The notes below the pieces were generated by a model, which saw only the letters and a list, made by a program, of their open reading frames with translations, had not been told where the DNA came from and ran no database searches. From contig NC_068994.1 of NCBI RefSeq assembly GCF_001194135.2, positions 43,586,768-43,650,767 on the forward strand: a stretch of DNA of 64,000 bases, given 5' to 3'. Source of the stretch: Octopus bimaculoides (lineage: Eukaryota). Positions 13,561-26,500 of the stretch are shown piece after piece. Position 1 is the stretch's first letter. The number at the start of each line of letters is the position of its first letter. The translations under genes and the position numbers were made by a program.

Positions 13561-16399
13561 CATATCAGAGGAGGTTTCACATAATGGTGTAGTACAGCTA
13601 ACAGTGGTGCCCCAGCATGACCACAGCTTTAAGGCTGAAACATTTTAAAGATGAATATGAATATGCCATATGAGGCATAAAGTCTTCAACCCATAATTTT
13701 CTGCAAACAATAACTTCAGAATATTTTTTCCAAAAAACTATCAAATGTTAGGTGTTCCTCGTGGGAATATTAAAAAAGGGTCATGAAGGATTATTGATTT
13801 TTTATTTATTTAGTTTTTTTTTTATTTAGTTTTTTTTTTTATTTTACAATCAGGAAGGAAAGTATTGCTCATGACCATGGTAAGAATTCAATGAGAAAGG
13901 GATCCTCAAACCAGTGACTTTGCCCAAATACTTGCAATAGAGTGGACTCTACTAAAGGCACTGAAGGTGCCAGCTGATGATATTAAACTGGGTCATGGAT
14001 TAAGCTTACCTCTGAAGTAGACTATAGCAGGATTTGGACTCAGAATGCAAAAGGCCAAAACAAATACCACAAAACATCTCGTCCAATGTTCATACAAATT
14101 CACCAATCTACTGCCCTGACTTAATACATTTTCTCTTTTTTTTGTTTAACCCTGAAAGGATGAAAGACTAAGTTGACCTTGGTGAGATTTGAAATTGGAA
14201 TGAAAAGATTCAAAACAAATACCACAAGACATCCAGTTCAATGTTCTTACAAATCCACAAATCCACTACCCTGAATTGGTACATTTTTATCAGTTCTGAA
14301 AGGATGAAAAACAAAAGTTAACCTTGGTGAAACTTGAACTCAGAGTATAGAAGGTCAGAGTACTGAAAACCACAAAGTAGCCAATCCGCTGCTCTAATGA
14401 TCCTGACAAAATCGTATGCAATGTTGAGAAGCTGGGAACTGCTGGTCTCAAGGGCAATGATGTGCTGAATTTTGGAAGCTGAAATGCCACCAGTCTGGTT
14501 TCTGGTTCTCTACAGACTCTAGCATTACTTCTACTGTTATAAATACCATTCACACTAGTGTCACAGGCCAAATTTATTGATCTCAAAAACATCGTAGGAA
14601 GACTCATATTAAATAAATTACATGAGTAATTAAAGAAATGGCAAATACTCTTTATTTAATTTAATTATAATATGATCATCAGAAGGGATTAATGAGTGAA
14701 AACAAATGATTTCTTGAGAGTTTGTTATATCTGGCAGCCATTAAAAGTTCAACTCTATACATAGAGTTTTATGAATGATCGGGAGATCTTTTGATAACCA
14801 CAGTTAGTAATAGTTGACTTTTAGATTACATTATGTTACAAGTCAGATTTTAAATTAAACACTGAATGAAAGCTTCTGGGGGAAATATGCTTGGAAAAAT
14901 AAAACAGAATTTGAGTGATGTTTACCATTTTTTTTTTTTTTTTTTTCATGTTTCTGTATTTGTTAATTTAAAATTTTCATGCAGGCGTGACTGCATTGTT
15001 AAGAAATTTTACTTCCTAACCATGTAGTCTCTGGTTCAATCCCACTGCATGGTATCTTGGGTTAGTTCTTCTTGATTGGCCTTGGCCCACCAAAGCCTTG
15101 TGAGTGGATTTGATAGATGGGAATTTAAAGAAGTCCTATCACATGTATATACATAAGCATGTATGCATGTGTTTGTGTCTATCCTTGTCTTGACATCATG
15201 TAATGGCAGTAAATGAGCATTACCATCATACAAGAGAGGTTGTTAATTTCCTGTCTCCTATGAAAAAGATGTCTGACCACGGGGAAATATTACCTCACTT
15301 TGAAACAGGTCAGGATTGGCAACAGGAAGGGTATCTGGTCATAGAAAACCTGTCTTAACAAATTTCTTTTGACCCTGGAAAGCATGGAAAAATGGATGCT
15401 AAGTGATGATGTTTACTCTTCTCCACTAGTTTTAAATTTTAACTCTATATTTCTTAACATTCATTTAAGACTATTCACAGTCTTAAATGTGGCAAGAGTC
15501 AATCAACCAATGGTAGCAGAAAATTATATTAACTGAGGTTTAATTCCATAATTCTACTCAGAATTTTCAATTTATCAATTTATGAACCCTTTTACTGAAG
15601 AAATTAGATATATGCACTCAAGCTTCCATTCCCCTTTACTGTGAAAAGCAACTTTATATACCAATCTATATTTTCTTGAGAAATGTTATGTTTGAAACTA
15701 TTTTTTGTTGAGACATGTCTAGTTTATTGAGACAACATGACTTGCAGAAAATACCATTTCTATTTCTGGTAGATATTTACCATCATTACTGGAATAACCA
15801 TGAAACTGAATTTTGCAGTAAAAGGGTTAAGAAACATGAGTAACTTTTGATGAAATTTTTTTTTTCCCCTCTCTTTCATTGAGCTTTGAACATGGATGGA
15901 ATAAATCAGATTTAGTGGCACTTCAGATAAATTAATTGTGTGGATAGCTCATTGCAATATTTAAAATTCTGAAATGTCTTTAGCAGACCATCACAACACA
16001 TAATTTACACATTGCATGCAGTTTTAGTTTGGTAATACTATTCAGTTATGGAATAGCATCACCATAATCAAGAAGAAAGCAAGATGCATGCAAAATCAAG
16101 AATCAAAATTGAAACTCAAAACCAGGATCAAAACATCTCTCTCTCTCTCTCTCCATAATCCATAACGAAACATAAAAATATATATTTGAAAATAAATGGT
16201 AGCAGGATCTACAAAATTATTTCTTCAAACCTGTTTGATCTTTATACTTTTCTCAGTTACTCATGCAAGAGCTAATGAATGAGAACTTTAAAAAAATACT
16301 TAAATAATACAGTATGCTTGGTAGATTGTCAGAGTATTTGCAAAAATATTAAAGCAAAGAAATTCTAGCTAATGGTAGGAGGAAATAAATTTCACTCAA

Positions 16400-16708
16400 T
16401 AAATACATACACACACACACACACACTTGTATGCACATACATACATATATACATACATACATACATACATACATACATACATGCACACATGCATGCCTAC
16501 ATACATACATACCTGCATACATACATACATGCATACATACATACATACATACACACAAAAATACCCTGTTGTTGATGTAGACATTCCAGTAAAGGAGCCG
16601 TGAATCTAGCTTAGAAACCGACTCTTTCTCTATGGGCAAAAAATCTTGAAATAAAACTGAACAATCACATATATACAAACATATATACATACATACATAC
16701 ATGCATGC

Positions 16709-16786
<78 letters not shown>

Positions 16787-17000
16787 CATACGTACATACA
16801 TACATGATAGCTGTCCACTCGTGACCGAGGAAGACCATTGCTGACCTTTAGGAACATTGTGCGCTCTAGGACTAACTTATATTTTGCATTTGCAGCTCTG
16901 TTGCTGGCTAATGAGCCACACATACATACATACATACATACATACATGCATACATACATGCATACATACATGCATACATACATACATGCAACAAAAATCA
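16400..17000. repeat. (TACA)n and (TA)n arrays
   Basis: Direct. Confidence 0.9.
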
Positions 17001-17464
17001 GGTTCCCTCTGGTCAGAGTTTGTCTGACCAAAATTTCAAATATACAAAACGTCTTTTCTCAATGAATTTTACATGCACACTAATTCAAACATGCTTCTAT
17101 CATTTATCTTTTATCTTTCACTTGTTTCAGTCATTGGACAGCAGCCATGCAGTGGTACTGCTTTGAAGGGTTTAGTCAAGCAAACTGATCTGATCTCAGT
17201 ACTCGATTTTAAACTATGGTACATATTTTATCAATCTCTTTTGATGACCTGCTAAGTTATGTGGATGTAAATAAATCAATGCCAGTTGTTAAGCAGTGGA
17301 CGGGTGACAAACATGAACACAAAGACGCCTACACATAAATATGCATGCAAACACACACACATACACACACACACATATACACACACACACACTTTATTAA
17401 TATTTAGCAAAAGCAACAGAATGATTCAAAGGCCAAGATTTTCATACATTATCCCTTATCAAAC

Positions 17465-17569
17465 TAGATAGACAGACAGCTACACAAACAGACAAACAGA
17501 CCGATAGATAGATACATACATACATACATACATACATAGACAGATAGCTACACAGACGAACAGACCGAG

Positions 17570-17620
<51 letters not shown>

Positions 17621-17625
17621 CACAC
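17465..17625. repeat. (AGAT)n/(TACA)n array
   Basis: Direct. Confidence 0.9.
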
Positions 17626-18129
17626 AAAAGACTTCCATACAATTTCCTTCCACAAATTCACTCTGAAAGCATCGGTCAGCCCTGAGCTATAGGAGGAGAT
17701 ACTTATCCAAGGTGCTGCTATGCATGTGGGGTTGAACCCAAAACCACAAGGCTGCAAACAGAGCTTCTTAGCCAAACTTGTGCAACAAAAGAACACACAG
17801 ATGGGAATGTCTGTGAATTAAACACACAACAGTGCTTTGGGTTCTACTTAAACTAGGAACCTCAACCCGACTATGTATGACACCACCTCCCTCCCTTCCA
17901 ATATCAAAAATGGAATTACCACATGCTTGCAACATTGAAAGAGAAATATTTACAGCAGCAATGTATCGCGAGTAAATCTACCATGTTCTAAAAAAAAATA
18001 ATAAATGACTGTCACTTTACATATGATGATGTATCCAATCGTAAGCAGCAAATAGTAGATGCAAAACCAAAACCTACCAGGCATTACTTTACAGTGAAGT
18101 GCCTGAGAAAATACAAAAAAAAAATATTG

Positions 18130-18605
18130 CTGCCACTGCTACTGCTGTTGGTGGAGGTGATGTTATTGTTGTTGTTTGTTGTTGTTGTTGTTGTTAGTGG
18201 TGGTGGTGGTGGTGGTGGTGGTGGCGGCAGCGGCGGTGGCGGCGGCGGCGGTGGCAAGGTGGCGGCAGCGGTGGCTTTGNNNNNNNNNNNNNNNNNNNNN
18301 NNNNNNNNNNNNNNNNNNNNNNNNNNNNNNNNNNNNNNNNNNNNNNNNNNNNNNNNNNNNNNNNNNNNNNNNNNNNNNNNNNNNNNNNNNNNNNNNNNNN
18401 NNNNNNNNNNNNNNNNNNNNNNNNNNNNNGGTGGTGGTGATGGTGGTGGTGGTGGTGGTGGTGGTGGTGGTGGTGGTGATGGTGCTGGTGCTGGTGCTGG
18501 TGCTGGTGCTGGTAGTGCTGGTGCTGGTGGTGATGGTAGTGGTTTTGGTGCTGGTGTTGGTGGTGCTGGTGTTGGTGGTGATGGTGCTAGTGGTGCTGGT
18601 GATAA
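18130..18605. repeat. (GTT)/(GGT)/(GGC)/(GCT) trinucleotide array spanning a gap
   Basis: Direct. Confidence 0.9.
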
Positions 18606-19036
18606 ATAAAAAAAAAAAATCCCAGCCAAGAGTTACAGCAGACACTCTAACACGGCACCAACGTTTAAAGTAAACGAAAAGTAGGAAGAATTTAAAAAAG
18701 GAATCGTTTTTATAGTATTCTATGCATTTGTAGAAAATTGTTATCTCCAGGTTAGGACATTGAAATACTTATATCAAAGGAGAAACATCAAAGTTAGGAG
18801 TGCAGATTCTGTATAGCGTGAGAAGGAGACTCGCTTGTTGATGCTGGATGAATGAAGTTAGAGATAAATAATCACAGTGGAAACTCAATGGCTGTATGGT
18901 TAAGAAGTTCACATTGCAGCCACAGGATTTTGAGTTCATTCCCAACGTGCAGCTCTTTAGGCAAGAGTCTTTCTTCTACTATAGCCCTGAGCCAACCAAT
19001 GCCTTGTGAATGAATTTGATAGACAGAAACTGTGTA

Positions 19037-19270
19037 AAGGTGGTGAGCTGGCAGAATTGTTAGCACACCGGGCGAAATGCTTAGCGGTATTTCGTCTGCC
19101 ATTACGTTCTGAGTTCAAATTCCGCCGAGGTCGACTTTGCCTTTCATCCTTTTGGGAGTCGATAAATTAAGTACCAGTTACCCACTGGGGCCGATGTAAT
19201 CGACTTAATCCCTTTGACTGTCTTTGTTTGTCCCCTCTATGTTTAGCCCTTTGTGGGCAATAAAGAAATA
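19037..19270 (+). mobile_element. Full-length SINE inserted into an older SINE, 12-bp TSD AGAAACTGTGTA
   Basis: TSD at 19025-19036 and 19271-19282. tRNA-like head, AT-rich tail. Confidence 0.9.
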
Positions 19271-19339
19271 AGAAACTGTGTAGAAGCCCATTTTGTATAT
19301 ATAGCCCATTTTTCCTTGAGGGAAAGCCTTCCTCTCCCA

Positions 19340-19414
19340 CATTAAGTTATGGGGACATAAACACAACAGCATCGGTTGTCAAGCAATGTTGGGGGAACAA
19401 ACACAGACACACAA

Positions 19415-19465
<51 letters not shown>

Positions 19466-19635
19466 CATATGCATATATACATGACAGGCTTCTTTCAGTT
19501 TCTGTCTACCAAATCCACTCACAAGGCTTTGGTTGGCCCGAGATTATAGTAGAAGACACTTGCCTAAGGTGCTACGTAGTGGGACTGAACCCAGAACCAT
19601 GTGGTTGGTAAGCAAGCTACTTACCACACAGCCAC
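19340..19635 (-). mobile_element. tRNA-derived SINE (GGCGTGGCTGTGTGGTAAG family)
   Basis: Matches the copies near 26122-26500, 48150-48540, 51703-52000, 52650-52870 and 61180-61520, with an internal (CA)/(TA) tract. Confidence 0.85.
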
Positions 19636-20274
19636 TCCAGCATCTCAAAAGAAGTTATTGCATAGCATTTAATTCAGAAATTTGTTACAAAGCAACAAAG
19701 TTCCAGAATTATTCAAATTTTGAATAAGTTTTATAAATTTGAGGTAAAGAAAATGAATCAAATAATTCTGGATTTTGTTTTTGTTTTTCTTTTTCTTTTT
19801 CAAAATAGCATGACAGGTAATTACAGGTATACCTCAACTTACATCATTTTGCTTAATGTCTTCTCTGACTTACACCATTTTTTTTTTTCCTTAAGAAATT
19901 AATGTAATCAACTTAACTACTCCTGGGTATGAGTACAAAACAACTACACTATACTGAACCAGTGTAGCTGAATAGGCTCATCAAACCAGTATCATCTCAA
20001 GACATTCTCTGGTGGAGAAAACATACTGAGGCTCCCATCCTGCAGTGGACTGAACACGGGCGATCAAATCCAATGGAAAAATAATCTCAACTTAGGTCAA
20101 CTTATTCAACTTTACATCAGTCTCAGCAAACATATCTGAAAGCATGAAAATTTAAAAACAGTTAAAAACTGATACGGACGTGATAAGTCAAATAAAATAC
20201 AAGTGAAAGTATACATACGCCATTTAATAAAACAGATATAAGCTAATAGATTTTTTGAATGCTTTTCGTTCTTC

Positions 20275-20905
20275 TTGTTTTTTTTTTGTCACATCATTTT
20301 TTTTTGTTTTTGTTTTTTGTCACATCATTTTTTTTGTTTTTTGTCATCATTTTTTTTGTTTTTGTTTTTTGTCCGCCACTACATTCCTCCACGGCAAGGT
20401 TTAATTTGCGTATATAAATTTAATTTGCGGTCCATGGGAAGAGCCGTTTTAGTGATGCGTCCTGCCCAGTTCTTCGAAACACCGGTTTTAAAACGGGAGT
20501 AGCTGATGAAGAAGAATGTTCTCTATGTGACTTGTGTGTTTTCTCGTCTACGTTTTGTTTGCAATGTCCTGTACCCAGNNNNNNNNNNNNNNNNNNNNNN
20601 NNNNNNNNNNNNNNNNNNNNNNNNNNNNNNNNNNNNNNNNNNNNNNNNNNNNNNNNNNNNNNNNNNNNNNNNNTTTTTTTGTTTTCGTTTTTTGTCACAT
20701 CATTTTTTTTGTTTTTGTTTTTTGTCACATCATTTTTTTTTGTTTTTGTTTTTTGTCACATCATTTTTTTTGTTTTCGTTTTTTGTCACATCATTTTTTT
20801 TTTTGTCACATCTTTTTTTTTGTTTTTGTTTTTTGTCACATCATTTTTTTTGTTTTTGTTTTGTCACATCATTTTTGTTTTTGTTTTTGTTTTTTGTCAT
20901 CATTT
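20275..20905. repeat. ~24-27-bp T-rich minisatellite (TTTTTGTTTTTGTTTTTTGTCACATCA), interrupted by an interspersed repeat and a gap
   Basis: Direct. Confidence 0.9.
20371..20578 (+). mobile_element. Interspersed repeat (Penelope-like-end candidate), copy 2
   Basis: Homologous to 8807-9080 and 41074-41260. Confidence 0.55.
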
Positions 20906-22544
20906 TTTAGTTAAGTCATATGTCTTGGAACCAGTTGCAGGCATAACTTGAGGAGTGCCAGTATAAGTATAATTGTCATCAGTTTATTTCTGCCATAGAC
21001 ATTTCAAGATAGATTTAACTGTCTATTGCAAATTAGTTAACAAATCACTCACACCTGGTAATCTTTCCTAAAAGTGTAATAATCTATATTTTGGTTGCTG
21101 AGAATACTTGACAACCAAAGGTAATCACCTGAGTCATGAATACCAATAAAAAGTAGAATGTAGCACCAATTATGATATATAGCTTGGGAACATATACTTT
21201 GCTTTCACTAATTGTTTCAGGTGTCATTGTGTAGATATAAACAGACCCAGACACACTCTCAACACCTGACACTCTTGGACTGGTGGAACATCCAGAATGC
21301 AATGGCTACATCAGGGCTTACCTTAGTGCTCAACTGATATTTGTTATAGCTGAGTAGAATGGAGCAATGTGAAATGAAGATCTTTGCCCAATAACACAAT
21401 GTACTGCCATGTTCAAGAATTGAACTCCTGGCCTTCTAACCATGGGAAAAACATACTAGCCACATGGCCATGAAACTTCATTTTGTACAAGTTACCCTTG
21501 AAAATATTTCACCATTATATCTTGCTGCACATATCTTTACACTTTTCTATTTATACTAAATTGTGAAGCTTTGTCCATTATAAATTGATATTTCAGAATA
21601 TTTGAACTGAATTGGATTTGATGGGGAAAAGTTTTTTTCTTTTTTCTTCTTTTTTCTTCTTATTAGTCAGGTTGGAAGGCAACATCAATGATCTTTGACA
21701 AGGCCTTTGAGAATGGTGAGAGAGAAGATGGACAGTAGCCTCAAACTGGCAGCTTGCTTAATCCAAATACTTACAACAGAACGGACTGTTTTAATGATAA
21801 TGATATCTAAGATGTCATGTGGCGTCCTTAAACTGAGCAATGAGTTATGTCTACAATCCAAGTAGATCACAGCAGGATTTGAAACCAAAACATAATCAAA
21901 TGCCACAAAGCATCCTCTCCAATGTTCTTAATATTCCACCAATCCATCAGACAGTTTCTTCTTCATTCTTACATTGCTCTACAACAATTACCAATTACCT
22001 TATTTTCTCTATTCACAAATACCACAAGGCATTTTACCAATGCTCAAATGGCTCTACCATTTCACCACCTTGTCTGATTTCCAGTATGTGTCGTTAAATC
22101 TAAAAGACTGAGAGCCAATGATTTAATCAAATATGTTTTCATCTGTAGCAAACTGAGTTAATATATTCATTTGCCTTTATAAAGTGAACTAAATTAAAAA
22201 CACATCAGATATTTTGACACTTCCATGACCTTTAGGAAAAGAATGACTTCATATTGACTGCTTTTCAAAATCAAATACTGTACATTTGTAACAATTAGAA
22301 GAGAGAAAATACTTGGATACTATTAGTATTGGAGTGAAGAATTATCAAATAGTGGCTCAATAAATAGAAATATGGGTTGTTGTGGCAGTTTTTGCTGTTG
22401 TTTTTTGCTGTTGTTTCTGCTGTTGTTGTTGTTGTTGTTGTTGTTCCTATTGTTTAAGAATCTGTCTGTATGTTATATATACTTTCTTTTTCTCATTGCT
22501 TTTCTTTCATCTCTCTTTTATCTCTCTCTCTCCTTTTCTAACAA

Positions 22545-22970
22545 CAATGATGACTATTATGGCGATGGTGATGACGATAAGGATGGTGGTGAGGAGGAAA
22601 GTGAAGATGATGATGATGAAGACAACAACAAAAATGATGAGGATGAGGAAAAGGAGGAAGAGAAAGATGATGATGATGATGATGATGATGATGACAATGA
22701 TAACAACGACAACAATAATGATGATAACGTGATCATGGAGGTGATGACAATACTGATGGAAACTAGGCAATGACAGCAATGATATCAATAACTACAATGT
22801 CAATGATGATGAAGGTAATGACAATGATGACAACATTGATGGCTATGATGATGATGACAATGAAGACGGCGACAATGATGATGATGATAGTGGTGCTGTT
22901 GTTGCTGGTGACAACAATGCTGCTGCTGCTGCTGATGATGATGATGATAATGATGGTGATGAAGACAGAA
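22545..22970. repeat. (GAT)/(GAC)/(GAG) trinucleotide-rich low-complexity tract
   Basis: Direct. Confidence 0.9.
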
Positions 22971-24069
22971 TAAGAACCAGTCATGCACTGGATTTGAGGC
23001 AATCAACTAGCTCCAACCACCACCACCACCAAAAAATGAAAGATATTTTAGGCCTTGTGCCTATAGTAGAAAGAATAGTTGTTGTTGTTGTTATTGTTTT
23101 TAAGTACTTCAGGCAACACAATCCAATATGTTCTTTCTAAGACTTTTTAAGGTGAGAGGATGTAATTTGAAGGTGATTTGGCTTCTATTTCTAGCAAGTC
23201 AAAGTACTCAATGAGAACACGCCAATAATCAGAACAAGTGAAGTTTTTTTTATGTTGATACATTACATCAGAGTTAACTGTCATTTGACAAAGCTACATT
23301 TTAAAACAAATCTTATGCTGCTAAACCTTATTCTGTAATAAGACACAATTATTCATAACTGAAAAAAAAAAAGTTTTAAACAAGGCAGAGTTTCAGAAAA
23401 AACAACTTTATTGTAACTTATTTGAAAAATTAAAAAAACACGCTTTTTTTTTTTTTTTCAATTTTCTACATTTTAGACACTTTCAATGAATAATTACAAA
23501 TGAAGAGAAAGAAGTACAAATAGGTGTTTCTAAAAGTCACAATTTAGTTGGAAAGATAGGTTNNNNNNNNNNNNNNNNNNNNNNNNNNNNNNNNNNNNNN
23601 NNNNNNNNNNNNNNNNNNNNNNNNNNNNNNNNNNNNNNNNNNNNNNNNNNNNNNNNNNNNNNNNNNNNNNNNNNNNNNNNNNNNNNNNNNNNNNNNNNNN
23701 NNNNNNNNNNNNNNNNNNNNNNNNNNNNNNNNNNNNNNNNNNNNNNNNNNNNNNNNNNNNNNNNNNNNNNNNNNNNNNNNNNNNNNNNNNNNNNNNNNNN
23801 NNNNNNNNNNNNNNNNNNNNNNNNNNNNNNNNNNNNNNNNNNNNNNNNNNNNNNNNNNNNNNNNNNNNNNNNNNATGTATATACATATACATATATATAT
23901 ATATATAAATATATATATAGCAATTAGAAAATGGAGGAGGGTAAAATAACCCCCCTTTTACCCGCACCCACTTATTACACTTGGTATAGCACTAGTGTAC
24001 CCTCCCAGCAGTATATTGGATACATACTATCCCTTAGTGGGTTGAATCCTCAACCCCTAACTCTCTTGC

Positions 24070-24109
<40 letters not shown>

Positions 24110-26121
24110 ACAGGATTTTTTCAGTTTCTGTCTACCAAATTCCACTCACAAGGCTTTGGTCAACCTAAGGCAATAGAAGACACTTGCCCAAAGTGTCACA
24201 TCATGGCACTGAACCATGTAGTTGGGAAGCAAGCTTCTTACCACACAGTCCTGACTTTGTGCTGTGTTTGGTGGGATAAAAGACACACAGGGACATTTTA
24301 AACACACCCTAATTTCAGCAGTGTATTTTCACGAAAAAAAATGTTTCAGTGCATTAAAGCTTATGGGAGATGCAACTTTATATGTAAGACGTAGAGTGAT
24401 TCATTTTTGACATATTTTTTGAAAAAAATGTGCATTTTATATGCTATCAAATACAGTATTTAACTCTTCAGCATTCAAATTACTCTGTCCAATGTAATGC
24501 TTATTTAACCATTTTGTTTTGAGTTAACTATGCATTTTCTCACAGTTTTGAGATTACAATGATGGGATTATTTATCTTTAGAATAATACTGTAGGGTTGA
24601 TGTGAGAGGCTGAATCTGGCTGGTTTTAACATGAAACAGGTAGAATATTTGGGCTGGATATAGTTTGTTTAAATGCTAAAGAATTAAATGTTCTATATTA
24701 GCAATGATTCAGTGAAAAAGAACACAATTTTCAAAAATAAATAGTTACAAATTAGAAGGTGGGAAAAAAGGACATTAGTAAATAAATAATCAACACAGAA
24801 GCATATATACATTCCATTAGTTATTCATCATGTCAAAGAAATTTTGAGATTCTCTGACGTACTCATGGCATTACTTTGGATGATTGAGAAACTGAGACAC
24901 TGGAACAGACAAGCCATCTTCTAGAGCGGTGGGTGTGTTTAAAATGTCCCCGTGTGTCTTTTATCCCACCAAATGCAGCACAAAATCAGGACTGTGTGGT
25001 AAGAAGCTTGCTTCCCAACTACACCTGCGATAGTCAAGGGATTACTGTATGTGTGTGTGTGTGTGTGTATACACAACAGGCTTGTTTCAGTTTTTGTCTA
25101 CCAGATCTACTCACAAGGCTTTTGTTGGACTGCGGCTTAGGATGAAGACACTTATTCAAGGTATCATGCAGTGAGACTGAATCCGGAACCATGTGGTTGG
25201 GAAGCAAGTTTCTTACCACACGGCCACACCTGCACCTATATTAACTTATTTATATATTTTCGTCAGCTCAGTTTGGTCTGTCTAGGATTAACCAACAACG
25301 ACGACAATAACAAAACAACAACTGATGCACATTAAGTAAAATATTCTACCATTCTACCCAAAATACTGAATAGTAAGGACCAGCAAAGTATTGTTTTCTA
25401 AGAAACAGCAGTTTAATATTCCGTCCTCTATCGTTACTTCAACTCTACTAAGTAAAATTGAAACTAAAAAATGTAGCCTCGTTAATTTATTTATAAAAAT
25501 CCTAACTATTCTCTAATGCCACTTGTGTACAAATGTAGTTATTAAATATAGTAGAAAGGATTATTATTATTATTGTTGTTGTTGTTGTTATTACGGTGTT
25601 CTGATGATAATTATATTAATGCCAAAACTGTGTTACAAAGAGCAATCGCGGATCAAAGCTGGTTAAAATGTCAACTTATTCGTTAACTACAATGAAATAT
25701 CAAATGGAAACACCCATTTATAAATAATGTATTTAAGTTAGCCATGAGTTTTCTCCCTTACATTCACTTGGCTGTTTACGGTCAGCGAAATTTAGCCAAG
25801 TTGAATGTACAAAACTGATGTTGTTCATCAAATACTGGGCACTTTTTTTTGTGGGGTAAACTCAGATGGATGGCTGGTAAGTTGGTTAATTGGTAGCAGT
25901 GGTTCATATATTTATCTAAATAAAAGTATTTCACCAGCTGACGTGGATGTTGTTGTGTGTTTAACTTGTTCTGAGACCCATGAACATCGTTTCGAGTTTT
26001 GTCCTGCAGAGTGACATTTTGGACAGGTATGTTCTTCCATAGCATCAAACTACCTCAAAACTTTTGAGTGAAATTAACTAAACTGCATTGAAGCCGATTA
26101 TATGTAGAAGGATGGAGGGTA

Positions 26122-26500
26122 AGGCGTGGCTGTGCGGTAAGAAGTTTGCTTCCAAACCACATGGTTCAGGGTTCAGTCCCACGGAATGGCACCTTGGGCA
26201 AATCGCTTCTACTACAGCCTTGGGCCAACAAAAGTCTTGTGAGTGGATTTGGTAAACGGAAACTGAAAAGAAGCCTGTTTTAATGTATGTGTGTGCGCGC
26301 GCGCGCGTTTATCTCCTACTGCCACTTGACAGTTGATGTTTGTGTGTTCATTTCCACATGAATTAACAGTTGAGGACAAGAGACCTATTGACTAAGTACC
26401 AGGCTTTAAACAAAATAAGTACTGGGGTCAATTCATTCAAGCAAAAACTCTTCAACATGTTGCCCCAGTATGGCCACAGTTTAATGACTGAACCAAATAT
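26122..26500 (+). mobile_element. tRNA-derived SINE (GGCGTGGCTGTG family)
   Basis: Similar to 48150-48540. Confidence 0.8.

Noticed and set aside
18094-18609. Gly/Ala-rich or poly-Pro ORF
   Set aside because: A trinucleotide repeat spanning a gap, with no splice or homology support.
21084-21302. 72-aa ORF with a hydrophobic, TM-like segment
   Set aside because: Short, adjacent to SINE sequence, and hydrophobic stretches are common in AT-rich random frames.
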